DNA of 64,000 bases from Hydrolagus affinis (lineage: Eukaryota), in the NCBI GenBank assembly GCA_012026655.1, contig JAAILG010001117.1, forward strand, positions 1 through 64,000. The letters are read 5' to 3'. A program made the position numbers and the translations under genes. Under the pieces are notes generated by a model. That model made no database searches, was not told the origin of the DNA, and saw only the letters and a list, made by a program, of their open reading frames with translations. Positions within the stretch are counted from its first letter, which is position 1; every line of letters begins with the position of its first letter. Shown in pieces: positions 1 through 12,561 of this stretch.

Positions 1-176
1 ATAACAGAAACAGTCCTACGCTTTATCTCCCAATCTCTTCATCATTTATTTACTGATTTCCCCAGCTGAATTTGCTGACCCAATCCTCCCGGCACCACCT
101 GCCTCACTGTCCATTGTCCATCTCCACCTGCTCCCCCTGAACCTCACCGGTCAACCTCTTGATGCGCAAGACTTAC

Positions 177-2340
177 CTGAATGTGTGACACCGTGACGAG
201 CGATTTCTGTTCTTCTTCGTTTAGATCCAGATCTTCGAACAAATCCTTCAACAACTGGGGTGGGCGGGTTGGGGGGGGGGAATAAAAAAGCCCAGGATGC
301 ATTTACTGTTACTTCCAGTTAACAAATCGACTGTTACTCTAGCAAAGGTCAGCACTTCCGACCGTGAAAGACGCTGTCTGTATAAATGTAATCCTCAACC
401 CCTGTGTGGGACACTGCTGTGCACAATTGACTGTTGTGTTTCACCACCAAAATACACAGTCACTTTGCATTATATTCTGTGAAGCGCTTTGAGACATCTC
501 GACAACGTGATAAGGCACTGTCTCAAATGTAACGATTATTATTACTATTATTATGTGTCACTAATGACATGATCAGTGGGAAAGTGACTGGTTATGCAGT
601 TCCCTCACAGGAGAAAGCCTTACCTTGTGCATGATCCCTGTCTGATGATCATCTCCCAGTAGCAGCCTGGCTTTACTGTCTGTCTGTGTCCCTGACACAA
701 CCAGAGATACGTTGTAGCCCATCCTTGCTTTACATATCAGGGGCCTCACCAACTCCAAGTACACTCTCTCCTGAAACACAGCCCTCGTTACTGGTCTTTT
801 ACACTGGGGACCAATTCACAAGATTAACAAAAAGGTTGACTTGAAAACCAAAGTGAAATGTCTTACCTGCTCACTGTCTGGGTCGAAGACAGCATCGAAT
901 GTGAAGCTGTGGCTCTGTAGAGACGCAAAACAATACAGAGACACAGTGGGTTGGGTTAACTTCTGTATCTGAGGCTGGCTCTGGGACGCTACCCTATTGT
1001 GTGGTGCGCTATATATAAATGCCAAGTTGTTGTGGCTCTAAAGTTGGCTATTCTTCCTTCATAAATATGCACCGATTATAGCAACAACAGCAACGAAATA
1101 CATTTGAATACTTGGATGTTTGCTTTTTGACAGCCTGATATTGTTATTGACAGTTTGATATATTTGCAAGATTCTTTCTTTCTCTTTCTGTCTCCCAGTG
1201 AAGACTGAAATGTTAACCCACGTCTATTGTCAGTGTTTTGATCTGATCATTAACCTCTGAGTGTCAACTGGTACCCACCTTCTCTCCGCTGCTGTCCCCA
1301 TTGGCGACTGACAGACTTTTGGAATCTCTCACCACAATGAAGGCTGGGTGTCCATCTCCTTTGTCTGTGAAGTCAGAGAGCGTCAGCTGTTGATCCAGTG
1401 ATAGGCAGTTTCCCCAGTACAGTATTTCCCCAACAAGACGAATCCCATTGGCTTTAAACCGGAGCAATCCTTGATGAGGTTGTGAGCTGAGGTCAGTATT
1501 GGTGGGTCAGGGACAGATAAAAAATCCCAAGGCGCTATGCGAAAAGGAAAGGGAATTTCTCTCACCCTGTACCTTGGCCAACAATCCCCCAGAATAAAAT
1601 TGGTCATTCACTTCAAGGGACACTGCGCAAATGGCTGCAATGTTTCGCCCAAGGTCAAATACACTTTACAGTGCATCATGTGAAGCGCTTTGAGGTGTCT
1701 CGATGACATGATAAGGTGCCATATCAAATGCAAGGTTTATTATTATTAATATTATTGGGTACTGAGGGAGCTGGACAAATTCAGTGCTGAGTTGGTTGTT
1801 CTCCCTTAAGTGAGCACTAGAGGATGCTGTGGTCTAAGCTTTCTGCGGTCTGCAGTTTGGGGGACATATCCCTCCCAAGCAGGTCACGCACCCCTCTAAA
1901 CTTCAGTCCCTTTCCCCATAGGATAGTTTTACAGGTACCCCCGATTTACGATGTTTTTATTTACACGGTTTCGATCTAACGAACATAATTTTTGACACCT
2001 TTTTAACCGATATACAATATTTTAACAAGAAAAATTTGGCGCAGTTTTTTGCGCATGCACAATACATAGTGTATTGCGTGGGACAGAATGGGAAACAGCT
2101 TTTCGATTTACGATGTTTCAATTTGCGTGATATTTTTCAGGAACGCAACCCTGTTGTAAATCGGGGGATACCTGTACAGGTTTTGTGTATACGGGTTTTG
2201 TGTGTACTATATTTGCAAATTTCCTCATATGTAAATTGTGAAAGTGAGGGAATTGCCAAAACGTGGGACCGTCGATGGAGAGTTTTCTGACCTAAGACCT
2301 GCTGGAGACCAATAGCCACCTGCACTGGCACCTCCTCCAT
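177..2340 (-). CDS. Divergent kinesin-motor-domain protein, first five coding exons (continues beyond left edge)
   Basis: Phase-0 GT-AG exons 2340-2299, 1386-1279, 914-867, 770-624, 254-177 give MEEVPVQVAIGLQQ|LTLSDFTDKGDGHPAFIVVRDSKSLSVANGDSSGEK|SHSFTFDAVFDPDSEQ|ERVYLELVRPLICKARMGYNVSLVVSGTQTDSKARLLLGDDHQTGIMHK|LLKDLFEDLDLNEEEQKSLVTVSHIQ. This matches the kinesin N-terminal motor layout (VxV, FTFDxVF..Q..VY, GYN, P-loop region, GI, LFE, VxVS). Confidence 0.8.
1932..2174. mobile_element. Non-autonomous Tc1/mariner-superfamily (pogo/Tigger-like) MITE
   Basis: Terminal inverted repeats CAGGTACCCCCGATTTAC ... GTAAATCGGGGGATACCTG, flanked by TA on both sides (1930-1931, 2175-2176); 243 bp; internal TTCGATTTACGA-like repeats. 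Confidence 0.85.
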
Positions 2341-3690
2341 AACCTGAAACACAAAACACACAGGTAGAGTCATATTGCCTCGTCCCAGGGAGAGCAAAGG
2401 GCAGCAGGATTCAGCCCCTGGGAAAATCAGGCTCACAGCCATTACCTCCCACCCCCAACACACACACACATACCTGACTTGCAGCAGCCAAAAACTCCTA
2501 CAAGAGAAGATTCAGAGGAAAGTCAATCAGCTCATTCCCAGGGTTAGAGGAATGTAACTAGGAATGACTAGTTAAGCCATGGTGGATCTTAAGCCTTGCA
2601 AAGAGACAACTCGAGAGAGAGAAAGATAACCTCGATGAGGTTTGTAAGCAAGTGAATGGGTTTGAAAAGCTAAAACCGGAACAATACTTTCAGCTAAGTT
2701 ATGAGAACAGGACAATTGCGTTATTTTTCATTCCAGGGCTGCTGAGCACCCAGTGGGATGGTATTTATTGAGCTGGGCAATTTTTAAGGCAATCCTCACC
2801 TGTCTGTGCGCTTTCCCTCCTTGTCCCGTCCTGTTTGTGTTTATAGGTGAGCAGTGGCCAGTAACCCCGGCACTCAGATCAGGGATCCTCTAAAAGGTGC
2901 TTCAATAATTAAAGGATGGCAGCTCCTCATCAGCAAATCTCTTGTCAATTTTTTATCAGGCGAACGGCGTTGTTTTACAATACAAGGAATTAACCGTGAA
3001 TTATTAATATCCAGTTTCACTTTTATTCAAGGCTCCTGCTTTCTCTCCATCGCTCAAAAGCACTCAACTCTATCTTCCCTCTACTGCCGAGTTCTATTTA
3101 AAAGCCACATATAGACACACACTCAGACACTACCTGATCGATAGGTCCTATATACAAGTTGCTCTTGTAATATAATAATCCTTTCGAACGCGTTTGAATA
3201 TAGCATTTCCCTGTCTGTGAAGCACTTTGAGACATCGCCTCGTAATTATCCCTCGGAACCCCCCCCCAACAATAAATTGGTTATTTAAATCCACGAATGT
3301 TTGTGGGGACGCTGCTGTGCGCAATTGGCTGCTGCGTTTCGCCCACAATACAGTCAATTAATTTTACAGTATATTCTGTGAAGCTTTGAGACACAGTCTG
3401 GAAGACGTGAAAATCCCTATCAAATGCAAGGATTATTATTATTTTATTATCAGGATTATTACCGTAGTACTGTATTATTATTGTTGCTTGTCCCACCAGA
3501 CTTGTCCCTGAAGCTGTCATTCCCCTCTCAGCCTGTGGGTGGCGGTGCGGAGCCGAGGTGCTGCAGTACTGGACGGTGGCCACGGGGAGGCGCTGCAACA
3601 CCTCATTGATAGCTGGTGCCTCGGCTTCAAGGCCGCGTACAGCCAGCGAGTGGAGGCCGAGGCTCAGAGCTCCCCGGCCCAGGACCGGTT

Positions 3691-6600
3691 ATGCTGCGAG
3701 AAAGCAGAGGTCGTTACCAAGCGCACGGCATAGAGGCGTTCAAATGCCGCAGGAGGGAGCAGGAGAAGGGTGAGTGGCTCACAACTCCAGCCCCAGGCCT
3801 TAGTCTGTCACTAGGCCCCAACTCCAGGGTGGGGGTGTCTGTCTCAGGGTGGGGTGGGTGGGGGGGGTCTGTCCTCAGGGGGTGGGGGGGTGTCTGTCCC
3901 CAGGGAGGGGGGCAAGGGGGGGGGTCCACAAACTATAATAATAATAATCCTGGCGTTTGAGCCAGCGCCTTATCCCGTCGTGGGGACGTCTCAAAGCGCT
4001 TCACAGGGACACACTGTAAAGTGTGGTGACTGTGTGTGTTTTATGGGGGGAGCGAATCGCGGCAGCCGATTAATTGCGCCCAGCGACGTCCTCACAAACA
4101 AACAGCCAACAGTGGGTTGAAGTGACCCAATTATAATGATTGTTTTTGGAGGGATTATTACCCCCGGAAAGCCACCCGGCAGTATCTCGCGAAGCTCTTT
4201 GAGACGTGATAAGGCGCTACATCAAACGCAAAGGTTAATATTATTTATCATTGATTATTAGGTTTGCCATGTACAGTCTCACCCTCAACCCTCGTGAGCC
4301 AGAGCCCGAATCGCCCTCGCTCGTTTTTGAGTCGAAGTTTGCTGACGTCCGTCCCGCCCTTTTGTTTCAAAATTGCAGCTCTCAGGAAGGCACGCAAGGA
4401 GAAACAGCTGGTTAGCAAGAGGCTGCCCAGGGGCGTGTGGGAGGATGGAGGTGGAATGGAGACCGCAGAAAACACGCTGACCCGAGAGGAGGTCAGACAC
4501 CATTGCCAGAAGCTGTCTGTGCTGTAATCCATCCTCCCTTGCCCGCCTAGTTTCTGAATCCCCCGCGAATAACATCCTCTTGTCTCTTGAATCGCTTCAG
4601 GTTTTGCAGCTACACCAGAGGATCCAGTTGGGGACCGAAGACAGACTGGTGGCTTTGCGGCGCCTGCGCCGGGCACTCCAGCAGAAGGAGGTACAGCAGA
4701 TGTTTACCAGGTATTCCCGACGTTCTGGGCTCCTAGGTTCTCGGTCGGGTTGGCTACCAGAGAAAGGCAGATCGGTGCGTAACCTTTGGCAAGTTTCCTC
4801 ACTCCACATGCCTCTGTTAACCCCAGCGGTAAGCAGCAGGGATCCCGGCTGTTCGTCGATTGGTGAATTGTTTTCTGGTGGGTAAAAAATCCCTCAAGGA
4901 AAATACTAATTTGGTCATTCAATCCACAGCTGTTTGTGGGACCCCATTGTGCACAATTGGCTGCCATGTTTCGCTCACAAAACGCTTCACAATATATCCT
5001 GTGAAGCGCTTTGAGAAGTGTGTCAGCGTTGTGATGAGGTGCTGTATCAGATGCCAGGATTGTTATTGTGATTAAGGCTGACAGATGGGTCTGTGCTATA
5101 ACATTTTGTGCTGGTATGAAACCGATTTGCGAATGAACTGGTAACCAGCGCCTGGGGGAGATCAGCTTAATGTTCTGTTCCTCTGCAGGCTGGAGAGCAG
5201 TTTGCGTGTCCTGGTGGGTCTGTTCACCAGTAACCTTGCCTCGGTACAACTGGAGGCCGCAGGGTGTTTGCTGGAGCTCTCTCACTCAGACGACCCCAGC
5301 ATCTCTCTGCTCTGTTTGCCTGCAACTCCTTATCTCCTGACTTACCTGTCGGGCCGGAGCGTGAGATTCACGGTAAGGATTTTGCCCAGGAGCCGGCGAT
5401 GTTTGCCAACCACGAGTGTGCTCTGAGCTGCCTGCAATTCTCTTCTGATATAAACCTGAGCTTGTGTTACGCTGTTGCAGGAGCTGTGTCTGTACATACT
5501 GGGGAACCTGGCAGCAGAGAATGCAGCGGTCAGGAAACAGCTCATGGCACAGGGTGTGATTCACGCACTCGCTACCTGCCTACAGGTGAGACATGCCCCC
5601 ACACACAGCATTATGAACACGCAGCCCTGAATATATGGTCATTGTTACAGCACAGGCAAGGACCATTCAGTCTGGACTTTTGTTATTGCAAACAATAATA
5701 ATTAATTTTTAAAATTGGTCATTTCAATCCACGACTGTTTGTGGGGACGCTGCTGTGCACAATTGGCTGCTGCGTTTTGCCCACAAATATACAGTCAATT
5801 CACTTTACAGTATATTCTGTGAAGCGCTTTGAGATGTCGATAAGATGTGAAAAGCGCTATCTCAAATCAAGGATTATTATTATTCTCTTTGTGTTCCAAC
5901 TGTGTTGTGTTGCAACAGTTTTCACCTTGTCATTACCCTCCACAGTTCAGTGCCTTTGCCTGTTACTAAGCCAACATCTGTTTTTTCACCCAATACAGTT
6001 GATGTGTGAGCCTCCACATTGATTGCTGACTGGATGGGGGATAGCCAGTGCTATGTGTCTGTTCTAAGCTGTCGTTAAGACTGTAAACCCGCGGGTTTTA
6101 CTTATTCTCGTGATGTTAACAATCTTGTCTGCGTTACAGTCGCCTGAGGGAGCCGTGGTGGAGGCTGCGGCGTATTCACTCTCACAGCTCCTGCAGGGCA
6201 AGGAGTCAGCCCACAGCATCGTACCGTAAGTGGCTTACAAGTCTCGTAACCCTGGGTGTGGGGGGGTGAGGGCGCAGTACAAACTCACCGGCCACAAGAC
6301 TCCAGAGTGAGTTCATCCATCCCAATCACATTGTTTAGAGACAATAGGACTTTGTTTCACTCACAAAATACACAGTCACTCCACTTTACAGTGTATTCTT
6401 TGAAGCATTTTGAGACGTCTCAATGACCTGACAAGGCGCTTATTATTCACAATGCGATCTGTCAGCCCTCGCTATAGCCTCAGGCCAGCTGTCTGTTATA
6501 GGCTGTGTCAGAGAACCTATGGTGTGTGAGAGGACAGAGAGAGAGTGAGCGAGTGGGTTCAATGGACTGAAAGGTCTTGTCCTGTTTTACCCTGCTGTGA

Positions 6601-9520
6601 TGGAAACGTAGGAACAGAAGGAGTCGATTCAGCCCCTCAAGCCTGTTCTGGCATTCTGTACAATCATGGCTGATGTGTAACTCAACTGGAATATTCAGGA
6701 GGAATAAGGTTTTTTCTGCCGCTCCACAGCGCAGATCTGGTGGCTAAGGTGATTCCTCTGCTACTCCGGCTGTTGGTTGCGGACTCGCAGTGTGGGGTGT
6801 GGGCAGCTGTGGAGAGTGCCTGGTGTCTGCACTACATCATCAGCAGGTAAAAGTCTGTCCTGTGTGTGTCATTCTCCATCAGATTATGTCCATCTACGTA
6901 CACTCCAGCCAGGAGCACTGAACAAGCCATTGTCTCTTCCCTCTCTGCAGTGGTGCGATCAGTGATCAGTCACTGGTCTCTCAGGACATTGTGAGTCGAG
7001 CTGTCGCACTCCTGGTCGCTCTGGGCAAACCTGGGTCAGCGACACCTCCAGACGCTGGACATTTGGTAAGTACGGGAGCGGAGATGTGTCATCGCCTCTC
7101 GTGGGCTATGATGCCAGTCACCACAGCATTTGGACAAGGAAGTTCTTATTGTCTTAAGGTACTTCATGGACAGATAGGTCTCAGTGTGCACAGTGAGAGG
7201 TGGGTGAGGGGAGTAGTTGGGAATTGAGGTGTGAGTTTAATGGGAAAAGACACTCGAGAAACTGTTCCTGGGATGTACAGTGTTATTTTTTTGCCTACAA
7301 AATATAGTCAATCCACTTTACACTATATCCTGCGAAATGCTTTGGGATGTCTCAACGATGTGCTTAAGGTGCGATATTGAATCCAAGGATGATGATTGTT
7401 ACTATAATTTATTATTGTTTACACCTGTGTTACTCTGTGCTAATGTCATTTGATGCCAAATAAAGAGCTCATTGAAACGCTGAGGGCAAAATAACATGTA
7501 TAAGCCTCGCTCGTCCCTCCCACCAGCTGATCATTCCTGTGGTGCGCTGCTTGGGAAATCTCATCGCTGGTGAGGAGACATCTCAGTGTAAAGCTCAGAT
7601 CCAGTGCAGTGAGCTGCTGCCAGCCCTCAGCTTTTTCATCACGAGTTTCTTACACACGCAGCCCTTTGTGGCACGAGAGTGCCTCTGGCTCTTCAACAAT
7701 CTCACAGGTGAGAGGTTTAAGCACTTTCGGATGCAACCCTGCTTGATGGGCTCTACTTGATGCAAGCTGTTGTGAGCATTTCATTTCACTGAAGGAAATG
7801 CAGGCCATTGATGAATCATATTCACCTCTTTCCCTCCCTCCCACTGCCTCCCTCCCTCCCTTCTTGCAGCTGGTGACGCTCTGTTCTGCTCAGCTTTGCT
7901 CGGTCTCAATCTGGTCCCCGTGTTTCTCCGCCTGATCCCATTCTCAGGAGGAATAAACACTCAGGTAAGCGGGTGCCTGGCTGTGCTCGGTGTCAGCAGA
8001 GATGGAATACGCGGTTAGATCGGTGCACACCATGTTACAGTGATAGTGTTCGCTTCCCTTGTTTGAAATATCTGCCCTGGACACTGATGAAGGTGCCCAG
8101 ATCACTGGTCAAACACTGTAATTCTAGTCACTAATATCACAGCAAGGCCTCGCCCTTATAATTGTGCAACGTGTTGCCTTGTGGAGTTCCTGCAGCTCAG
8201 TGGTTGGAGCACTTGCCTTACAAGCGTGAGACCTGTGTTCGAATCCAGGCAGATCAGGATGAAACCTTGGATAAGTTTCCTTGCTCCACATACACGCCTA
8301 ATAATAATCCCTCCAAAAAACATAAACACAATAATTTTTAAAAATTGGTCATTTCAATCCACGACTGTTTGTGGGGACGCCGCTGTGCGCAATTGACAGC
8401 CGCGTTTCGCTCACAAATTGCCTTTACAGTATTTTCTGTGAAACGCTTTGAGACGTTGATGAGATGTGAAAAGCGCTGTATCAAATGCGAGGATCATTAT
8501 TGTTTATTATGTGCCGACAGGCAATGCTGGTGCTGGGCAATGTGGCAGAGCTGGGCCCAGAGCCCTGCCAGCGACTGTACCAGCCGGAGGTCACCCCTGC
8601 GCTGTGCTGCGCTCTCCGGATGGCTGATGTGGAAGTGGTGCGTTTGGCGTTGGAACTGCTGAACATGATCTTCTTACACTGCCCAGAGGTGAGTCTCTCA
8701 AACACACAAACCAACTGCTCGCTTTGCTCACGGTAGACTTTTATTTTTCTTTAAAATGCAATCCACGACTCCCACATTTCACCCACACAAAATGTATTCA
8801 ATTTACTTTACAGTATATTCTGTGAAGCGCTTTGAGACGTCTTGAAGACATGATAGGATGCTACGTCAAATGCAAGGATTATTATTCACAGAATGTGCGG
8901 AGGGCTATACAGAGCTCTGCTTGATGGGCCTCACACCCCCCCCTCCCCCCCCACCCCCCCGCCCTACTCACCTCCCTCTGTCTAATGCTCCCATTCGTGA
9001 CTCTAACGTTGCTCCTCACAGGCCTGTGTAGAGTTTGTGAAACAAGATGGGGTCCAGGCCGTGGAGGCCATTCAGTACAACGCAAACGAGGAGATTCGAG
9101 TCCGTGCCCACTTCCTGATGGACAAATACTTCACCCAACAGAGCGAGGTAAGTAACACGGAGACAGCCTCGGCTGTGTCGCTTTGAAATGATTCGCTTAG
9201 AAAAGACTCTTTGCCTTGAGTCTCCTCCGTTATATCTTTTAATTGGGGTGAAATGTTAAGAACATCAAGGAACAGCTTCATTAATTTCCTCCCCGGGCCT
9301 GTTGCTTGAGTGTCCACATGTCTCACACACACAATATAGCCAAGTGAAAAAGCTGATCGCCCTAGGCCGAACAGATGGGAAGAAGCCATAAGCCCATCTG
9401 AAATGAGCTGACTTTGGCCACCGTTAACAGTCTCATTTGGCCTCTAGTGTGTTTGATCGCAGCTGTCTGCATTACCCTGTGTTTATCAGTTTATTTCCTT
9501 TCTGTCTTCAGGGCTCATAG
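3691..9520 (+). CDS. TMCO6: Transmembrane and coiled-coil domain protein 6 (importin-alpha-like ARM repeats)
   Basis: Exons 3691-3769, 4379-4491, 4601-4710, 5189-5372, 5481-5585, 6140-6225, 6730-6846, 6951-7065, 7527-7707, 7870-7964, 8521-8688, 9022-9147, 9512-9520. Peptides RRREQEKALRKARKEKQLVSKRL, VQLEAAGCLLELSHS, ELCLYILGNLAAE, ECLWLFNNLT. Adjacent to NDUFA2 as in other vertebrates. The short last exon (GS*) is the least certain. Confidence 0.9.
4730..5072 (+). mobile_element. tRNA/Deu-type SINE, long variant with an extra central segment
   Basis: Contains GGCAAGTTTCCT, then CCACATGCCTCTGTT...GTCGATT, then the Deu core and TGTGAAGCGCTTTGAGA tail. Related copies at about 56045-56370 (+), 33080-33420 (-) and 33945-34230 (-). 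Confidence 0.7.
8183..8500 (+). mobile_element. Full-length tRNA-derived SINE (Deu core, L2-like tail)
   Basis: Head GCTCAGTGG..GTTCGAATCC (Pol III A/B boxes), core GGGACGCCGCTGTGCGCAATTG, tail CTGTGAAACGCTTTGAGACG..ATCAAATGCGAGGATCATTAT. Confidence 0.9.
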
Positions 9521-9989
9521 TTTGAAGTCTGGGAATCTTCCGCATTTGGCCAATGGGACAGTTCGGACACACTTGGGGCAGTACAAGAGTTCCGAGCCAC
9601 ACTTTAAGCAGCTGTGCTTAACTGACCATGAAGTGATAATAGATGGGACACATAATCACTCCACTGGAGGGGGGGGGGCCAGGTACCCTTAAGTGTCAAA
9701 TGGAGGTGCTATCAGCAGCACTTGAGAGGATATTGCAATCTTGTGGACGAACAGATCTGCAATTTATTAAGCATCTTGTTGCTGAATTAAAATAGTTTTG
9801 TATTCACTGACAACAGATTATGTGCAACCCATGATGAGCAAAGGAACAAGGAATAAGAAATATTAGTCTTATTAAAAATATAAACTAATATAATTAAGTT
9901 TTTTTTAAACTTGTTTGTAATTAAATTACTTGAAATGAACAAATGGGTGTGCTCTCTTGCTACCACAATTAGTGTAAAGTTTCAGAAGA

Positions 9990-10405
9990 TCTGGTGAACA
10001 AAGGCATAGTGAACGAGATGGTTCTTGAAGGAGGCAAGGGATGGGATGAGGTGGAGGGACTGAGGGTAGGAGTTTTAGAGAGTGGGAGCAGAATGGCTGA
10101 AGGACTGCCCACCAATGGTGGGGGTGGGGGGAGCGATGGTGGTGGATATGCAGCAAGCTGGAGTCTGCTGTGCAAAGTGAGTGGGCAAGTTGGTAGTGGT
10201 TGCAGAGGTAGAGAGGAGTGAGAACATGAAGGGCTGTGAAGGATCTTGAACTGTATCTTCTGTGTGATGGGAAGCCAGTGGAGATGGGTGAGGAGATGGG
10301 TGAGGACAGGGGTGATAGGGTTGCGGAGTCTGATGTGGGAGAGGACACAGGCTGCTGAATTCTGGATGATCTGCAGCCGGTGGAGGGAGTTTGGACTAGC
10401 AACAA
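9990..10405 (-). mobile_element. L2-clade LINE 3' fragment (ORF2 C-terminus)
   Basis: Minus-strand translation LHRLQIIQNSAACVLSHIRLRNPITPVL..HLHWLPITQKIQFKIL is the typical L2 ORF2 C-terminus; degenerate. Confidence 0.85.
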
Positions 10406-10579
10406 TGGGGCACATAAATATTGAATTCACTTACAGTGTGCTTTATTAACAGTTTGACTTTCGGACCAATGATATTTGAAACAAGACCAAAGTGTGTTTT
10501 AAATATGTTTATTAATAATTACATTTTCATTTGAATTTACTGAAGACCTTCCACGTAAATGTCCCTCAATGTCCAGACT

Positions 10580-12561
10580 TTATTTTAAAGGTTTGATGTT
10601 AACAAGAGTTTCCAAGGCCTTTGCCACTTGCTCGGAGCTTAAATTATCCAGTGGTATGCTTCGCTCTCTCCCAAAGTCTAAACAGGAGAAGAAAAAACAA
10701 AAACCCGGTACAATCTTTCAGTCCCCTTCCAGCACACATAACAACAACAACTTTGATTTATATAATGCCCTCCACGCCAGACGGCATCTCAGAGCGCTTC
10801 ACAATAGCGGATCACGGGACTGAGCCAGGGGCAGGGGTAGAAAGGTGACCAAAGGCGCGGTTGAAGAGAAAGGTCTTCAGCTGTAACCTATAACTGGGAA
10901 GAGAAAGGGCAAGGCGGGGGAGTGAGGGAGGGAGTTCCAGAGCCTTGGGGCATAGTGGCTGAAGGCACGGCCACCGAGGGTGGAGCGGAGGATTCGGGGG
11001 ACATGGAGTAGGCCAGACCCAGTGGAGCGAAGGCAGCGGGTGTTGTTTGGGGAGAGAGGAGGTCAGAGACGTAGGAGGGTGCAGAGGAGTGGAGGGACTT
11101 GAAAACAACACTAACAACACATACAACACTAAAGTCAGAAAAATATTGCATAACTGGTGTGTAATAATATTTTTCTAATGTAGGATTATCCCACAGCAGC
11201 CTATAAATCGGTCAAATAATATCCTACAATGCGACAGTCGACATCTCTTACCATATCGAGCCCACAGTCTAGGTTGTACTTCTGTGCACTCCCGGATTAG
11301 TATGGGGATTTCTGGATTTGCCTTCTTCAGCGTCACATAGTGCTGTTCAACGAATTCCCTTTGGGAAGAAACGTTGTTGAAAATTACATGAGTACTGAGC
11401 GTTGAGCTATTTCTAAACTTAAAAGGCCAGAAACAATACGATTATTAACACAGCACGTTAATATCCACTGATATGTTGGGTATGTGGTTGGGTATGATAA
11501 AAATAATCCTAATAATAATCCTTGCATTTGACATAGCGACTTGTTGAGACATCTCCAAGCACTTCCCAAAATACATTGTAAAGTGGGATTGACTGTATAT
11601 TTTGGGTGCAAAACGCAGAAGCCAATTGCGCACAGCAGCGATCCCACAAATAGCCATGGACTGAGTGACCAGGATGTTTTTATTTTGTATTTTGGGGGAA
11701 GAGCATGGTATATATATCAAAACACAAAATACTACAGATGCTGGGAATCTGAAACAAAAACAGGAGTTGCTGGGGAAACTCAGCAGGTCAGGCAGCATCC
11801 ATGGAGAAAGGAAGAGGAGTCAATGTTTCAGGTCTACAACCGTTGGTCAGAACTGGGGCTTGTTTGCAGGGAGAGGTTTCTTAAGGACGTTAAAGGGGGA
11901 GAGGCAGGACATGGAAGACAAAGGGGAGAAAGAAGACAAAGGAAAAGGAAAAAAAAGAGTGTGTTAACTGATGGGTTGAATATGTGTTAACGACTTCATG
12001 GGGAGAAACAGAAGGGGGTGGGTTTAAACGAAACTGGGGAGAAGAGGTGTTTAGTGGTGATAGAACAAAACACCAGAGAGGCAGGGGGTGTCTGGGGTTA
12101 TAATTTATATCGTCTGCCGCAATATTAATTAGTACCTAACCAGCCTGCAGTAGGCAGTACCACCCTCATTACCACATCACTGTACCCTCCCCAGGTTCAC
12201 ACCCTCCACCTTCCTCCGGTCACTCTCTCCAGGGGTTGTTTGAACCCCAGACTTAACGTACACTTCACCCCCATTCTCACCCTCTTATCCTCACTCTTCC
12301 CCCTCCCCGCTGGGTCCTGTCCAGAGGCTGAAGCCCCTTCACAGGGTGTCCAGCAGACTGACCTCAGGGCCTCTCCCCCTGACCCCAGACCGGGCGAGGT
12401 GGGGGGGGGGGGGGTGTGTGTCAGTGTCTTCCTCCTTCGGGCCCCGGCCTCACCCACCTGGCCCCCTGGCTGGGCAACGACCTCTGGCATAGGTGCAGCC
12501 TGACCTCCCGGAGGCTCCCGCTCAACCGCGACCCGATGCCTCTGACCACGGCGGCCGCCAT
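10580..12561 (-). CDS. NDUFA2: NADH:ubiquinone oxidoreductase subunit A2 (102 aa)
   Basis: Exons 12561-12458, 11358-11252, 10677-10580: [108 protein letters not shown] on the minus strand at about 10508-10513. Confidence 0.97.
10740..11110 (-). mobile_element. L2 LINE 3' end in NDUFA2 intron 2
   Basis: Minus strand encodes [16 protein letters not shown]... and [10 protein letters not shown], followed by the tail GTGAAGCGCTCTGAGATGCC...TATATAAATCAAAG(TTG)n. Confidence 0.75.
11725..11860. mobile_element. Penelope-like element terminal-repeat fragment
   Basis: AAATACTACAGATGCTGGGAATCTGAAACAAAAACAGG..CTCAGCAGGTCAGGCAGCATCCATGGAG..GTTTCAGGTC resembles chondrichthyan Penelope-type repeats (from recall). 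The same sequence recurs at 40233-40420. Confidence 0.55.

Noticed and set aside
4704-5285. 193 aa minus-strand ORF
   Set aside because: Antisense to a TMCO6 exon plus a SINE; no recognisable protein features.
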